A stretch of 33,731 bases of DNA from Planctomycetota bacterium. Lineage in GTDB: Bacteria > Planctomycetota > Phycisphaerae > FEN-1346. The stretch lies in assembly GCA_026387055.1 (NCBI GenBank), contig JAPLML010000066.1:1-33731 (forward strand). The letters are read 5' to 3'. The translations under genes were made by a program, and so were the position numbers. This document shows, piece by piece, positions 24,022 to 33,006 of the stretch; position 1 is the first letter of the stretch, and every line of letters begins with the position of its first letter. The notes beneath the pieces were generated by a model, which saw nothing but the letters and a program-made list of their open reading frames with translations, did no database searches and was not told where the DNA came from.

Positions 24022-25663
24022 GCGATATCGAAGAGTATTGCGCGGCATCGCTCATCAGTAGAAGAGCCCTGACGGCGTAGTAACGGAAGTCGCGATCCTT
24101 ACCGCGCAGTTCCGCCGCGAGGGCCGCCACGCTGGAAGTCTCGAGCGCCCGGGCGGCGAAGCGCCGGATGCCGGGTTTCCTGCCCTCCTCGGCCGCCCGC
24201 CGCAGAACCTTGGCGGCCTCCGGCGTATTGAGATGGGCGAGGCCCGCAACCGCCGCGAACGCCTCCCAATCGGACTTGCCCCGCAGCCTCTCCGCCAAGA
24301 CCGGCACCGCTTCCGACCTGTTAAGCAAGGCCAGCGCAAAGGCCGCCACGATGCGCACCCCCTCGTCTTTGTCCCCGAGGGCCTTCACCAGCGTGGACAC
24401 GGCCTGCGGGTCGCCGATCGCGCCGAGGGAAAGCACCGCCCAGAAGCGCACGGTATACTCCTTGTCCTTGAGCGCGGCCGTCAGTCCGGCTACCGCCCGC
24501 GGATCACCCAGGTCGCCAAGCGCCTGTGCCGCGCTCGTCCGAACGTCATCCTTGGCGTCTTCGAGGGCCACCAGCAAGCCTGGGAGAGCCCGTAGGTCGC
24601 CGATCTCGCCGAGGGCCTGCGCAGCCGCGCCGCGCACCCCTTCATCTGCGTCAGCCAGCGCGGCCAAGAGCAGGGGCACCGCCTCGGAGGCGCCGATGTC
24701 TCCTGACGCCCTTGCCGCGGCGGAGCGCACATGGCTTTCCTCGTCCTTGAGCGCCGCCACAATCGCAGTTGCCGCCCGCGGATCGCCGATGTTGCCGAGG
24801 GCCTGTGCGGCCGAGGAGCGAAGCATGGGGTCCGCGTCGGCAAGGCCTGTCAGGAGGGCAGGCACTGCCGCCGGGTCGCCGATATTGCCGAGGGCCTGGG
24901 CCGCCGAGGAGCGAAGCTTGGGGTCCGCGTCGGCAAGGGCTGTCATGAGGGCGGGCACTGCCGCCGGGTCGCCGATATGGCCGAGGGCCCGGGCGGCTTC
25001 GACGCGAGGACCCTTGGTGGCGTCGGCAAGCGCCGCCAAGAGGGCTGGCACGGCCGCAGGGTCGCCGATCGAACCCAGCGCCTCCGCCGCCGCCTCGCGC
25101 ACCATCTTGTCCAGATCGCCGACCAGAGGCAGGAGCTCGGGCACCGCTGTCGGATCACCTATCTTACCAAGCGCCTTGGCGGCGGCGACGCGAGGACTCT
25201 GCTTTTCATCCTCAAGTAAACTCATGAGAGGTGCAATCGCCGCCGGGTCGCCGATCTGGCCCAGGGCCTCCGCCGCCGTCTCGCGGACAACCTCCGCCCT
25301 GTCCTTGAGCGCCGCGATCAGCGGCGGGACCGCCTCGGGACCTATCGCCGCCAGATCCTGGACGATCTGCCATTGCCGTGGCCCCTCCTCACGAGGCCCC
25401 AGGCCGAGCAGGCGCCGCACCCAATCGCTGAACCCGTTCCGCTGCTCGCCGGCCCGAAGTTGGCGGAGAAGCACTGCCACCTGGTCTTCCGGCGGGGCAT
25501 AGACCACGGATCTCAGGAGGACCAAGCCGCCCACCACCAGGAGGAGCGCCGCCGCACCCACCAGGAGCCACAGGTGCCAGCGGCGCGCCGGGGTCAGGGA
25601 GGCCGTCTCGGCTGGAAGGTCGGGCTGTGACATGCCGGCATTGTACTGGCTCCGATCCGGCAA
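23822..25663 (-). CDS. HEAT-repeat (PBS-lyase-type) protein with N-terminal TM helix
   Basis: Has about 12 units of the type AAxALGxIGDPxAVPALLxALxDxxxxVR, after an N-terminal RRWHLWLLVGAAALLLVVGGLVLL. The start is at 25663 or 25633. The last ~65 codons overlap the 3' end of 19720..24021 and look like low-complexity read-through. Confidence 0.8.
   Translation of the reverse strand: MPDRSQYNAGMSQPDLPAETASLTPARRWHLWLLVGAAALLLVVGGLVLLRSVVYAPPEDQVAVLLRQLRAGEQRNGFSDWVRRLLGLGPREEGPRQWQIVQDLAAIGPEAVPPLIAALKDRAEVVRETAAEALGQIGDPAAIAPLMSLLEDEKQSPRVAAAKALGKIGDPTAVPELLPLVGDLDKMVREAAAEALGSIGDPAAVPALLAALADATKGPRVEAARALGHIGDPAAVPALMTALADADPKLRSSAAQALGNIGDPAAVPALLTGLADADPMLRSSAAQALGNIGDPRAATAIVAALKDEESHVRSAAARASGDIGASEAVPLLLAALADADEGVRGAAAQALGEIGDLRALPGLLVALEDAKDDVRTSAAQALGDLGDPRAVAGLTAALKDKEYTVRFWAVLSLGAIGDPQAVSTLVKALGDKDEGVRIVAAFALALLNRSEAVPVLAERLRGKSDWEAFAAVAGLAHLNTPEAAKVLRRAAEEGRKPGIRRFAARALETSSVAALAAELRGKDRDFRYYAVRALLLMSDAAQYSSISLSAPTLLRPRGRRHQGRPHRRTSSGALRGARGTGACTPRRGRSRLTAGGRRRPPSGLACPNPSGTA
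24783..25000. repeat. Near-identical 93-bp tandem units within the HEAT-repeat CDS
   Basis: TCGCCGAT(G/A)TTGCCGAGGGCCTG...GGGTCCGCGTCGGCAAGG... recurs with period 93 nt, with unit starts at 24783, 24876 and 24969. Confidence 0.85.
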
Positions 25664-25779
25664 TGCAAAGTACTACAACGCCGCTTCTCGCGCCAACATT
25701 TCGCCGGACAAGCCCTGCCGAGCGGATATACTGGGGCTTGCTCGATTGCCGGGCGCCGAACCCATTGGAGCCATCCACC

Positions 25780-26241
25780 GTGACGCCGATCCTCGTGTTG
25801 GGCATCGGGAACATCCTCCTGAAGGACGAAGGCGTGGGCGTGCATGTCGTCAAGGCGATGGCGGAGCTGGCAGAGTCGCCCACGCAGGACGTCGAGTTCG
25901 TGGACGGCGGGACGTTCGGCCCGGACCTCATCGACATCATCGCCAACCGACGCAAGGTAATCGTGGTGGATGCCGTGCAGGCCGAGGGCAAGCCCGGCAC
26001 GGTCCTGCGGTTCGGCGACAAGGACCTGGCCTCAAAGACCGACGTCAGCGTGTCGCTCCACGAGGTGGGCCTCCTGGAGACGCTCCTGATGGCGAAGCAC
26101 CTCGGCTGCGCCCCGCAAGAGGTCGTGATCCTCGGCGTCATTCCCCAAGACATCAGCCCCGGCCTGGAGATGACCGAGGAAGTGGCCGCCGTGGTGCCGA
26201 AGGTCATCGCACTGGTGAGGGAGGAACTGCGGCAATCGTAG
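25780..26241 (+). CDS. Hydrogenase maturation endopeptidase (HyaD/HycI/FrhD family)
   Basis: ILVLGIGNILLKDEGVGVHVV...FVDGGTFG...VIVVDAV...SLHEVGLLE is the family pattern. GTG at 25780 has GGAG 9 nt upstream and is preferred over the track start at 25627. Confidence 0.85.
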   Translation: MTPILVLGIGNILLKDEGVGVHVVKAMAELAESPTQDVEFVDGGTFGPDLIDIIANRRKVIVVDAVQAEGKPGTVLRFGDKDLASKTDVSVSLHEVGLLETLLMAKHLGCAPQEVVILGVIPQDISPGLEMTEEVAAVVPKVIALVREELRQS

Positions 26242-26345
26242 GGCACGTGCCAAGTCCCCGTCCCGCCGTTATCCGTTCTTGCGTTTCCGGCCCCGGCGCG
26301 ATACGGTGTACCCAGGCATTTCCTGGGGCCAACCGGAGACCTGCC

Positions 26346-27098
26346 ATGTCGGATCTGATCGGCCAGACGGCGCTCATCACAGGGGCTTCCACGGGAATCG
26401 GGGCCGCCAGCGCGCTCGCGCTGGCCCGGGCGGGGGCGGACGTCGGCATCAACTACTGCCGATCCCGGAAGGCCGCCGAGGAGGTGCTGAAAAGCGTCGA
26501 AGCCCTCGGCCGCCGGGCCGCCCTCTTTGAATGCGACGTGTGCGACCCTGACCAGGTGAGCGCCATGGTGGCGGCGTTCGTGAAACAGTTCCGCCAGATC
26601 GACATCCTTTTCGCCAACGCCGGCGGCCTCATCAAGCGATGCCCCATCACCCGGATGCCCGACGCCCTCTGGCACCGGGTCATCGCCCTCAACTTCGACA
26701 GCGTCTTCTACACGGTTCGGGCGGCCCTGCGGCCGATGCTGAAGGCCAAGCGCGGCAACATCATTGTCAACGCCAGCGTGGCGGCCCGATCGGGCGGCGG
26801 AGGCGGGGCCGTCCATTACGCCGCCGCCAAGGGCGCCCTCGTGACGTTCGTCAAGGGCCTCTCGAAGGAGGTGGCGGCCAACGGCATCCGCGTCAACGCC
26901 GTCGCCCCCGGCGTTACGCTCACGCCGTTCCACGACAAGGCCACCGAGCCGGAGCGGATGGCCAAGTTCCGCGACTCCAGCCCCATCGGCAAGCTGGGCG
27001 CCCCTGACGACATCGCCCGTGCGGTCGTCTGGCTGGCCGGGGAGACCGAGGGCTTCATCACCGGGGAAACCCTCTACATCGCCGGCGGCGGAATGTGA
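26346..27098 (+). CDS. Short-chain dehydrogenase/reductase (FabG-like)
   Basis: Has TGASTGIG cofactor motif, NAG, and YAAAK catalytic Tyr/Lys. The internal ATG at 26346 is preferred; the upstream part of ORF 25632..27098 overlaps the protease gene in another frame. Confidence 0.85.
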   Translation: MSDLIGQTALITGASTGIGAASALALARAGADVGINYCRSRKAAEEVLKSVEALGRRAALFECDVCDPDQVSAMVAAFVKQFRQIDILFANAGGLIKRCPITRMPDALWHRVIALNFDSVFYTVRAALRPMLKAKRGNIIVNASVAARSGGGGGAVHYAAAKGALVTFVKGLSKEVAANGIRVNAVAPGVTLTPFHDKATEPERMAKFRDSSPIGKLGAPDDIARAVVWLAGETEGFITGETLYIAGGGM

Positions 27099-27102
27099 AC
27101 GG

Positions 27103-27186
27103 CAGTGCGGAACCCGGAATGCGGAGTGCGGAGTGAACAGCGAAGGCAACGACATACTGTTTAGCGGGCAGCCGAAGGCGACCGCG
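27103..27186 (+). repeat. Half-element repeat (heptamer array + GAACAGC + GTTTAGCGGGCAGCCGAAGGCGACCGCG), same family as 3008-3076
   Basis: GTGCGGAACCCGGAATGCGGAGTGCGGAGTGAACAGC... has only the GCGGAnT-type arm. The 3' 27 nt are nearly identical to the minus strand of 3008-3034. It lies between the SDR stop and the bioF-like start. Confidence 0.8.
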
Positions 27187-27200
27187 TTTTCCCGATCTTC

Positions 27201-28397
27201 ATGACCGATCCCGACTTCATCCGCCAAACCCTCAAGGACCTGCAAGCGCAAGGTCTTCGCCGCCGACTTCTCGAAGTCGGCTCGGCGGCCGGGCCGCGCG
27301 TCCGGATTGGGCGACGGACGGTCCTCGCTTTCGCATCGAACAACTACCTCGGCTTGGCCAACGATCCCCGGGTGCGCGAGGCCGCGCGACACGGGATCGC
27401 CCGCTGGGGATGGGGCGCCGGGGCCAGCCGGCTCCTCGCCGGGCACACCGAGGCCCACGCCGCCCTTGAGGCCGCCCTGGCGGACTTCAAACACGCCGCG
27501 GCCGCGATCGTCTTCCCGACCGGCTACATGACCAACCTCGGCCTCGTCTCGGCGCTGGTGGGCCGGGGCGACCTGGTGCTCTCGGACCGCGAGAACCACG
27601 CCAGCCTCTACGACGCCATCCGCCTCTCGGGCGCGGGGCTCGTGCGATACCCTCACGGCAGCGCCGCTACGGCGCGGGACCTGCTCGCGAAACATCGCGA
27701 CGCGCCCGGCCGAAGACTCCTGGTGACCGACACGGTCTTCTCGATGACCGGCGACCTCGCGCCGCTGGCAGCGTTGGCCGAGACGTGTCGCGACTTCGGT
27801 TGCATGCTTGTCCTCGACGAGGCCCACGCCACGGGCGTCCTCGGTCCGACAGGGGCGGGGCTGGCCGAGGCGCTGGGCATCCGCGAGGGCATCACCGCCG
27901 GCATGGGCACTCTCTCGAAGGCGCTCGGCGGCATCGGCGGGTTCGCGGCGGCGTCGCGCGACGTGTGCGACCTCCTGGTGAACCGTGCCCGGTCGTTCAT
28001 CTACACGACCGCCCTGCCCGCCGCCGCGTGCGAGGCCGCGCGCGAGGCCCTGCGGATCGCCCGGGCCGAGCCCGATCGCCGCGAGCGGCTCCTCGCCATG
28101 GCGAAGAGTGCCCGCGAGGCGCTGCAAGCGAAGGGGTTCGACATGGGCGGGAGCGCCTCGCAGATCATCCCGATCATCGTGGGCACGCCCGAGCGCGCGC
28201 TGGCAATGGCGGCCGCGCTCATGGACAAGGGGATCTTCTGCCCGGCGATCCGCCCGCCGACCGTGCCACCCCGCACGAGCCGCCTGCGAATCAGCCTGAC
28301 CTGCGAGCACACCGAGGATGATATCGCGCGGCTCGTTGAGGCCCTTATCGAAGCGCGAGACCAAGCGAAACACGCGCCCAGCAAGCTGGGCGGCTAA
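27201..28397 (+). CDS. bioF: 8-amino-7-oxononanoate synthase-like alpha-oxoamine synthase (PLP-dependent)
   Basis: FASNNYLGLANDPRV, GAGASRLLAGHTEAHAALE, VLDEAHATGVLG and GTLSKALG (PLP lysine) fit the BioF/Kbl/Spt family, with the SRLxxG pattern closest to BioF. No other bio genes are nearby, so the biotin assignment is tentative. Confidence 0.7.
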   Translation: MTDPDFIRQTLKDLQAQGLRRRLLEVGSAAGPRVRIGRRTVLAFASNNYLGLANDPRVREAARHGIARWGWGAGASRLLAGHTEAHAALEAALADFKHAAAAIVFPTGYMTNLGLVSALVGRGDLVLSDRENHASLYDAIRLSGAGLVRYPHGSAATARDLLAKHRDAPGRRLLVTDTVFSMTGDLAPLAALAETCRDFGCMLVLDEAHATGVLGPTGAGLAEALGIREGITAGMGTLSKALGGIGGFAAASRDVCDLLVNRARSFIYTTALPAAACEAAREALRIARAEPDRRERLLAMAKSAREALQAKGFDMGGSASQIIPIIVGTPERALAMAAALMDKGIFCPAIRPPTVPPRTSRLRISLTCEHTEDDIARLVEALIEARDQAKHAPSKLGG

Positions 28398-28442
28398 ATG
28401 GCGGCCTCGCACGCCCTCGCGCCATTCAGCCGCCCAGCTTGT
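28373..28442. repeat. Family-3 hairpin repeat, copy 3; long hairpin between convergent bioF-like and binding-protein genes
   Basis: The core CGCGCCCAGCAAGCTGGGCGGCTAA is identical to 1177-1201. GCTGGGCGGCTAAATGGCG (28385-28403) pairs with CGCCATTCAGCCGCCCAGC (28420-28438): 19 bp with one mismatch and a 16-nt loop. The bioF-like stop TAA (28395-28397) lies inside it. Confidence 0.85.
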
Positions 28443-28492
28443 CGAAGACTCGCCGTGGCGACCTGGGCGCGTGTTATTGGATTTTGCGGCGC

Positions 28493-29467
28493 CTACCTGC
28501 CCGCCTTCACGTCCTCGGCCGTGATGAGCTGCGTGGGCACGGGCGTAACCTCGGGCAGCGCCTCGCCCTTGAGGGCCTTCAGGGCGCACTCGACGCCCAG
28601 CGACCCCATCATGGCGGGATTCTGCTCGACGGTCGCCTGCATCTCGCCGCGCTTCATCGCGTCGCGCGCCAGGTCGATGTTGTCGTAGCCGACGACGATG
28701 ACCTTGCCGATGTCCCCGCGTGCCCGCACGGCCGCGATGGCGCCGAGCGCCATCTTGTCGTTGGCGCACAGGATGCCGGCGGTGTCGGGGTTGGCCGAGA
28801 GCATAGCACTGGCAGCCGTCTGGGCCTTGGCGGTGTCCCACTCGGCGGACTGGCTGGCGGCGATCTCGAGGCCCGCCTCCTGGACGGCCGCCTCGAACCC
28901 GCGCCGCCGCGCCTCGGCGTTCTCGACGCCGTCGATGCCGCGCAGGACGATCACCTTCCCCTTCTTCCCCTCGCCCAGCTTCTTCTTGATGAGGTCGCAG
29001 CCATAGGCGCCCACCTTCCTGGCGCCCTCGAAATTGTCCGGACCGATGAAGGTGGCGACCTTCAGGCCCTGCTTCGCGGCCTCCTCCTTGTTGATACGGT
29101 TATCGATATTAATGATCGGCACCTTCGCCTCCTGGGCCCTCGCGAGCGGCGTCACGATGCCAACACTCGAGGCCGGGGCGATGATGATGGCCTGGACCTG
29201 GCGGTTCAACATGATCCGCACGAGGTCGGCCTGCTTGTCGGCGTCGCTCTCGGACTCGATGCCCGAGACCTCGATGCCGGCGCCCAGCTCCTTGGCCTTC
29301 TCGCGGGCGCCCTTCTCCATGGCCTGGAAGAAGGGGTTGGTCGTCGCCTTGTAGATGAGGCCGACGCGGACCTTCTGCTTGCCGCCTGGCTGAGGTTCGC
29401 TCTTGCAGCCGGCCGCGAGGGCCGTGCCGATCATCGCCGCCAAGACGATCCATGCCGTACGTTTCAT
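28493..29467 (-). CDS. Sugar ABC transporter periplasmic binding lipoprotein (ribose/RbsB-like, PBP type I)
   Basis: Lipobox LAAGC signal. VGLIYKATTNPFFQAMEKGAREKAKELG...IIIAP...GIDGVENAEARRRGF is typical of the RbsB/LacI-type family. Confidence 0.85.
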   Translation of the reverse strand: MKRTAWIVLAAMIGTALAAGCKSEPQPGGKQKVRVGLIYKATTNPFFQAMEKGAREKAKELGAGIEVSGIESESDADKQADLVRIMLNRQVQAIIIAPASSVGIVTPLARAQEAKVPIINIDNRINKEEAAKQGLKVATFIGPDNFEGARKVGAYGCDLIKKKLGEGKKGKVIVLRGIDGVENAEARRRGFEAAVQEAGLEIAASQSAEWDTAKAQTAASAMLSANPDTAGILCANDKMALGAIAAVRARGDIGKVIVVGYDNIDLARDAMKRGEMQATVEQNPAMMGSLGVECALKALKGEALPEVTPVPTQLITAEDVKAGR

Positions 29468-29519
29468 GGCTGACTCCTTACGTGTCGTTCGGTTCGCGCG
29501 CGCCGCGCCGGCGCGGCGG

Positions 29520-30503
29520 CTAAGTATCCGTTTTCTTCAGCCGATCCAAGAGCACCGTCGCGATGACCACCGACCCGATGATCACCCACTGCCACGGCGT
29601 CGGCACGCCCAGGAATAAGAGGCCGTACGCCAAGACGCCCATGATGAGCGCCCCGAGGAACGTGCCGAGGATGCTCCCCCGCCCACCCGACAGGCTCGTC
29701 CCGCCGACGATGACGGCCGCAATGGCGTAAAGCTCCAGCCCGTCGCCCGCCAGTGGGTCGCCCGTGCCCTGGCGCACCCAGAATACCAGTCCGGCCAGGG
29801 CGGTGCAAAGCCCGCTCAGGAGGAACGTCAGGACCACGATCCGCCCGACGTTGATGCCGCACAGCCGCGCCGTCTCGGCGCTGCCGCCCACGGCAAAGAC
29901 GTGCCGGCCGAAGACGCTTCGCGTCAGCATCACGTGGCCGACGAGCATCACCAGGAGGCTGACGCCGATGGGCAGGTACCGCTGAAGCTCGACCGGGGCG
30001 CGGAAGTCGCACCCGATGGTGTGCCCGCCCGCCGCCACCATCGCCAAGCCCCGGGCCATCATCATCGAGCCGAGCGTCACGATGAACGACGGGATGCGGA
30101 ACCGGACGGTCACGGCCCCGTTAAAGAGGCCCGCCGCCAGGCCCGCCGCCAGGCAGCCGACGATGCCCAGCATGAGCGACCCCGTGGCGCCCGCCACGAC
30201 GACCATCAGGACGTGCGTCAGGGCGATCAGCCGGCCGACCGAGAGGTCGATCCCGCCCGCGATGATGACGAACGTCGAGCCGACCGCCAGGATGAGGTTG
30301 ATCGCGCACGAGCCGGCCACGTCGATCGCGTTATTCCACGAGAGGAACGTCGGGTCGTGCAGCGCGAGCGACTCGAAATCCACGGCCGACAGGGCCGTGA
30401 AGAAAAGCAGCAGCGCCACCAGGGCGAGCGCCAGCACCAGCACCCGGCTGGCCGTGATGCGGCTCCGGAGGTCCGGCGCGGCACTATCGGCAGAGGCGGA
30501 CAT
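29520..30503 (-). CDS. Sugar ABC transporter permease (RbsC/AraH-like)
   Basis: 327-aa multi-TM protein with GGIDLSVG and GGTSLSGGRGS motifs characteristic of ribose-type permeases. Confidence 0.85.
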   Translation of the reverse strand: MSASADSAAPDLRSRITASRVLVLALALVALLLFFTALSAVDFESLALHDPTFLSWNNAIDVAGSCAINLILAVGSTFVIIAGGIDLSVGRLIALTHVLMVVVAGATGSLMLGIVGCLAAGLAAGLFNGAVTVRFRIPSFIVTLGSMMMARGLAMVAAGGHTIGCDFRAPVELQRYLPIGVSLLVMLVGHVMLTRSVFGRHVFAVGGSAETARLCGINVGRIVVLTFLLSGLCTALAGLVFWVRQGTGDPLAGDGLELYAIAAVIVGGTSLSGGRGSILGTFLGALIMGVLAYGLLFLGVPTPWQWVIIGSVVIATVLLDRLKKTDT

Positions 30504-30575
30504 TGCGGCGGCACTATAGCACCGCCGCCGGGAAGCCTCAATTCAAAACGAGAGCGGCGGGCGGCATGCTACCCG

Positions 30576-32876
30576 CTAGGGTGTGAGGGCGTAGAGGATG
30601 ATGTTGGCGGCGAGGCGCTTGGCGTCGTCGGGGGCGTAGGCGCGGGCGCCCCACGTCTTCAGGCCGTCGAGGCCGCACGAGAGGCCGTAGGGGCTGTAGA
30701 TCATCACGACGTGGCCGCCGCGCTCCAGGCCGTAGAGCACCGGCCGCTTGAGGTCGGGCGTCTCGGCCTTGACGGCGGGCGTGTAGGCGACGCTGTCGAT
30801 CCGCGTCCCGACCTTGCCGCTGAAGACGGCGTGATCGGGCGGAAGCTCCTTGAGCGCCGCGTCCGGGAACATCTCCTTCACGAGGTCCCGCAGGGCCTTG
30901 TCGAACGCGGGCCGCCCGCAGCACGCCTCGGCCCACACGAAGCCGCCGCGTTCCAGGTAGGCCTTCAGCGCCGCCCGCTCCGCGTCGCTCAGATGGAACG
31001 CGTAGTGCCCGGTGATATAGAGGATATTGAATGTGCCGATATCGGCGCCGGTCAGGCGGACAGGCACGGGGCGGCTGTAGACCGACACGCCGAATCGCTC
31101 CGCCATGTCCCTGAGGAGCGCGGGCAGGGCGTACGGCCGCGGCTGCCAGTCGCCGTCGTGCTGGATCTGGCCGAGGCGGGTCGCGCCGCGCGGCGGCGGC
31201 TCGTCGCGCGGCAACTCCTTGACAGGGGCCGTCGCCAAGCGGTCCGGCAGGGCGCTCAAGCCGGTGGCGTAGGCCGCCAGGTTCTCACCGAGCCGCAGGG
31301 CGTCACTGGCGCGGTCCGGATCGGAGGCGGCCCAGGCGTCGCCGAGGCCCTTCGGCGCGAGAATGACGGCCGCGCGGCAGCCGAGGTTCATCACCTCCAG
31401 GTCCGCCGGCGGAACGCGGTAAACCGCGCGGTAGATCGGGTGCTCGGCATCCATCGGCTCGAACTTCGAGTCGGGCAGCGGCGTGGCGAACAGCCGCCGG
31501 ATGCTGTCGGTGAAGGCCGCGTCGCCGCCTTGGGCGTCCGCGAGGACGAGGCCTCCCTGCTCCACGTACTCCCTCAGCCGCGGGAGCGAGGCCGCGAGCA
31601 TCCGCAGCGCCCCCCGGCCCGTCACGTGCAGGATCGGCGCCGCCAGGTAGGCCGGCAGCGGGGCGTCGCAGTCCAGCGTCCGCCAGTCGACGAAATCGCC
31701 GCCCACGCGCTTGCCCAGGAACCGCACGAGGTGGTCCAAGTCGCGCGGGTCGCGCCGCCACGGGCCGTCCCACTCCAGCCGCTGCACGAGCAGCGGCTTG
31801 TACGCCTTGGCCAGGAACAGGAGGCACAGGGCATCGTGGTACAGCCGATCGGTCCACGTGCCGTCGGCCTTCTGACCGCTCACAAGGAGGTCCATGCCTT
31901 CGCGGAACCAGTCATGCGAGCCGAAGGTCCGCCGGCCGGACGTCACCCCGGCGCGTTCGAGGGCGTAGAGCCAGAAGTAGTACCACGCGATCTGGCGGTT
32001 CGGGTTCTCCTGGAGCGAGTAGCGCTGGTTGATCCACTCGATGCCGCGCTCGATGACCGCCGTCCGCTCGGCGGCGGCCTCGGAGGACTCGCCCTTCGCC
32101 AGCCGGTCGTTGCACAGGTACAGGCTCGCGATGACGGCAGCCGTCATGCTGCCGTAGGCCTCCTCGGGCTCGGGATCGTGGTAGACGTACCCCCATCCGC
32201 CGCCGGGAAGCTGGGTGACGCGGAAGTGCCGGTCGGCCTTCCGCCACACGTCCAGGGGCACCTTAGCGCCGGCCCGCTCGGCCTCCGAGAGGGCGAGGAT
32301 GGCAAACTGCGTGTTGGACGCATCCGGGCGCTCATACTGGCGGCGAAGCTCCGCCTCGTTCTTGGCCGCCGCCAGCGGACCGCCCGCCTTGCCGCCGCCC
32401 GGGGCGATGGTTGGAACGCCATATCCCCACGCCCCCGTCGGGTGCTGCATCTCGATCAGCCAATCGACGCACGCCTGGGTCTCTGCCTTGAACCGGGCGG
32501 GATCGGCCGCCGAGAAGGCGAGCGCCTTGAGGGCCACGACGTAGGTGTGCTGGTTCTTCACGCCGCGAAGATGCTCAAGGGCGGCGGCCACGCCCTTGTC
32601 TTCGGGCGAAACGCCGGCCTGAAGCAGCGCGTAGGTGCAGAGGGCCGTGACGCCGCCTTCCTGCGCGTAATCCGGCCAGGTGCCGTCGGGATGCTGGGCC
32701 TTCTTGAGGGCGTCCACCGACCGGAGGATGGCTGCCCGGACCTGGGGGCCCGTGACGCCTTCCTGGCCGGCCGCGCCACACGGAAAACCACTAACCGCTG
32801 CCGCAACAATCGCCGATAAAAGAAGAGCGCGGGCCGCCGGCTGTGACCGCGCCGAATTGGGTTGACCGGCAGGCAT
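30576..32876 (-). CDS. Secreted prenyltransferase/terpenoid-cyclase-like repeat + DUF4159-like (glutamine-amidotransferase-like) multidomain protein
   Basis: Has a signal-like N-terminus. Repeated Q-x-x-DG-x-W motifs ([37 protein letters not shown]) are present. The C-terminal halves carry GGLVLADA and [11 protein letters not shown] segments, as I recall for DUF4159. It is divergent from a MoxR gene, as in Bat-type loci. Confidence 0.65.
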   Translation of the reverse strand: MPAGQPNSARSQPAARALLLSAIVAAAVSGFPCGAAGQEGVTGPQVRAAILRSVDALKKAQHPDGTWPDYAQEGGVTALCTYALLQAGVSPEDKGVAAALEHLRGVKNQHTYVVALKALAFSAADPARFKAETQACVDWLIEMQHPTGAWGYGVPTIAPGGGKAGGPLAAAKNEAELRRQYERPDASNTQFAILALSEAERAGAKVPLDVWRKADRHFRVTQLPGGGWGYVYHDPEPEEAYGSMTAAVIASLYLCNDRLAKGESSEAAAERTAVIERGIEWINQRYSLQENPNRQIAWYYFWLYALERAGVTSGRRTFGSHDWFREGMDLLVSGQKADGTWTDRLYHDALCLLFLAKAYKPLLVQRLEWDGPWRRDPRDLDHLVRFLGKRVGGDFVDWRTLDCDAPLPAYLAAPILHVTGRGALRMLAASLPRLREYVEQGGLVLADAQGGDAAFTDSIRRLFATPLPDSKFEPMDAEHPIYRAVYRVPPADLEVMNLGCRAAVILAPKGLGDAWAASDPDRASDALRLGENLAAYATGLSALPDRLATAPVKELPRDEPPPRGATRLGQIQHDGDWQPRPYALPALLRDMAERFGVSVYSRPVPVRLTGADIGTFNILYITGHYAFHLSDAERAALKAYLERGGFVWAEACCGRPAFDKALRDLVKEMFPDAALKELPPDHAVFSGKVGTRIDSVAYTPAVKAETPDLKRPVLYGLERGGHVVMIYSPYGLSCGLDGLKTWGARAYAPDDAKRLAANIILYALTP

Positions 32877-33006
32877 CGTACCCTCGCGAGCGGTTTCCGA
32901 ATCGCCCTCCGGGGAGTTATCGACTAGGGGAACCGGCGGGCTTCATGGCATTCGCCTCGCCTCGTGGACCGATGGGAGCATGGGCCAGCGCTCAAGAGCG
33001 TCCGAC

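Noticed and set aside
25389-28841. 1150-aa ORF on the minus strand
   Set aside because: It spans, in antisense, four independently recognisable plus-strand genes (maturation protease, SDR, BioF-like) and part of a minus-strand gene in another frame. It has a shadow-ORF composition.
30504-30575. GCGGCGGCAC-TATA-GCACCGCCGCC, which looked like a palindrome or terminator
   Set aside because: It is a mirror repeat, not an inverted repeat, so no hairpin can form.
29901-32819. 972-aa ORF on the plus strand
   Set aside because: It is antisense to the permease and the DUF4159-type gene. It is extremely Arg/Gly/Ala/Asp-rich with no motifs.
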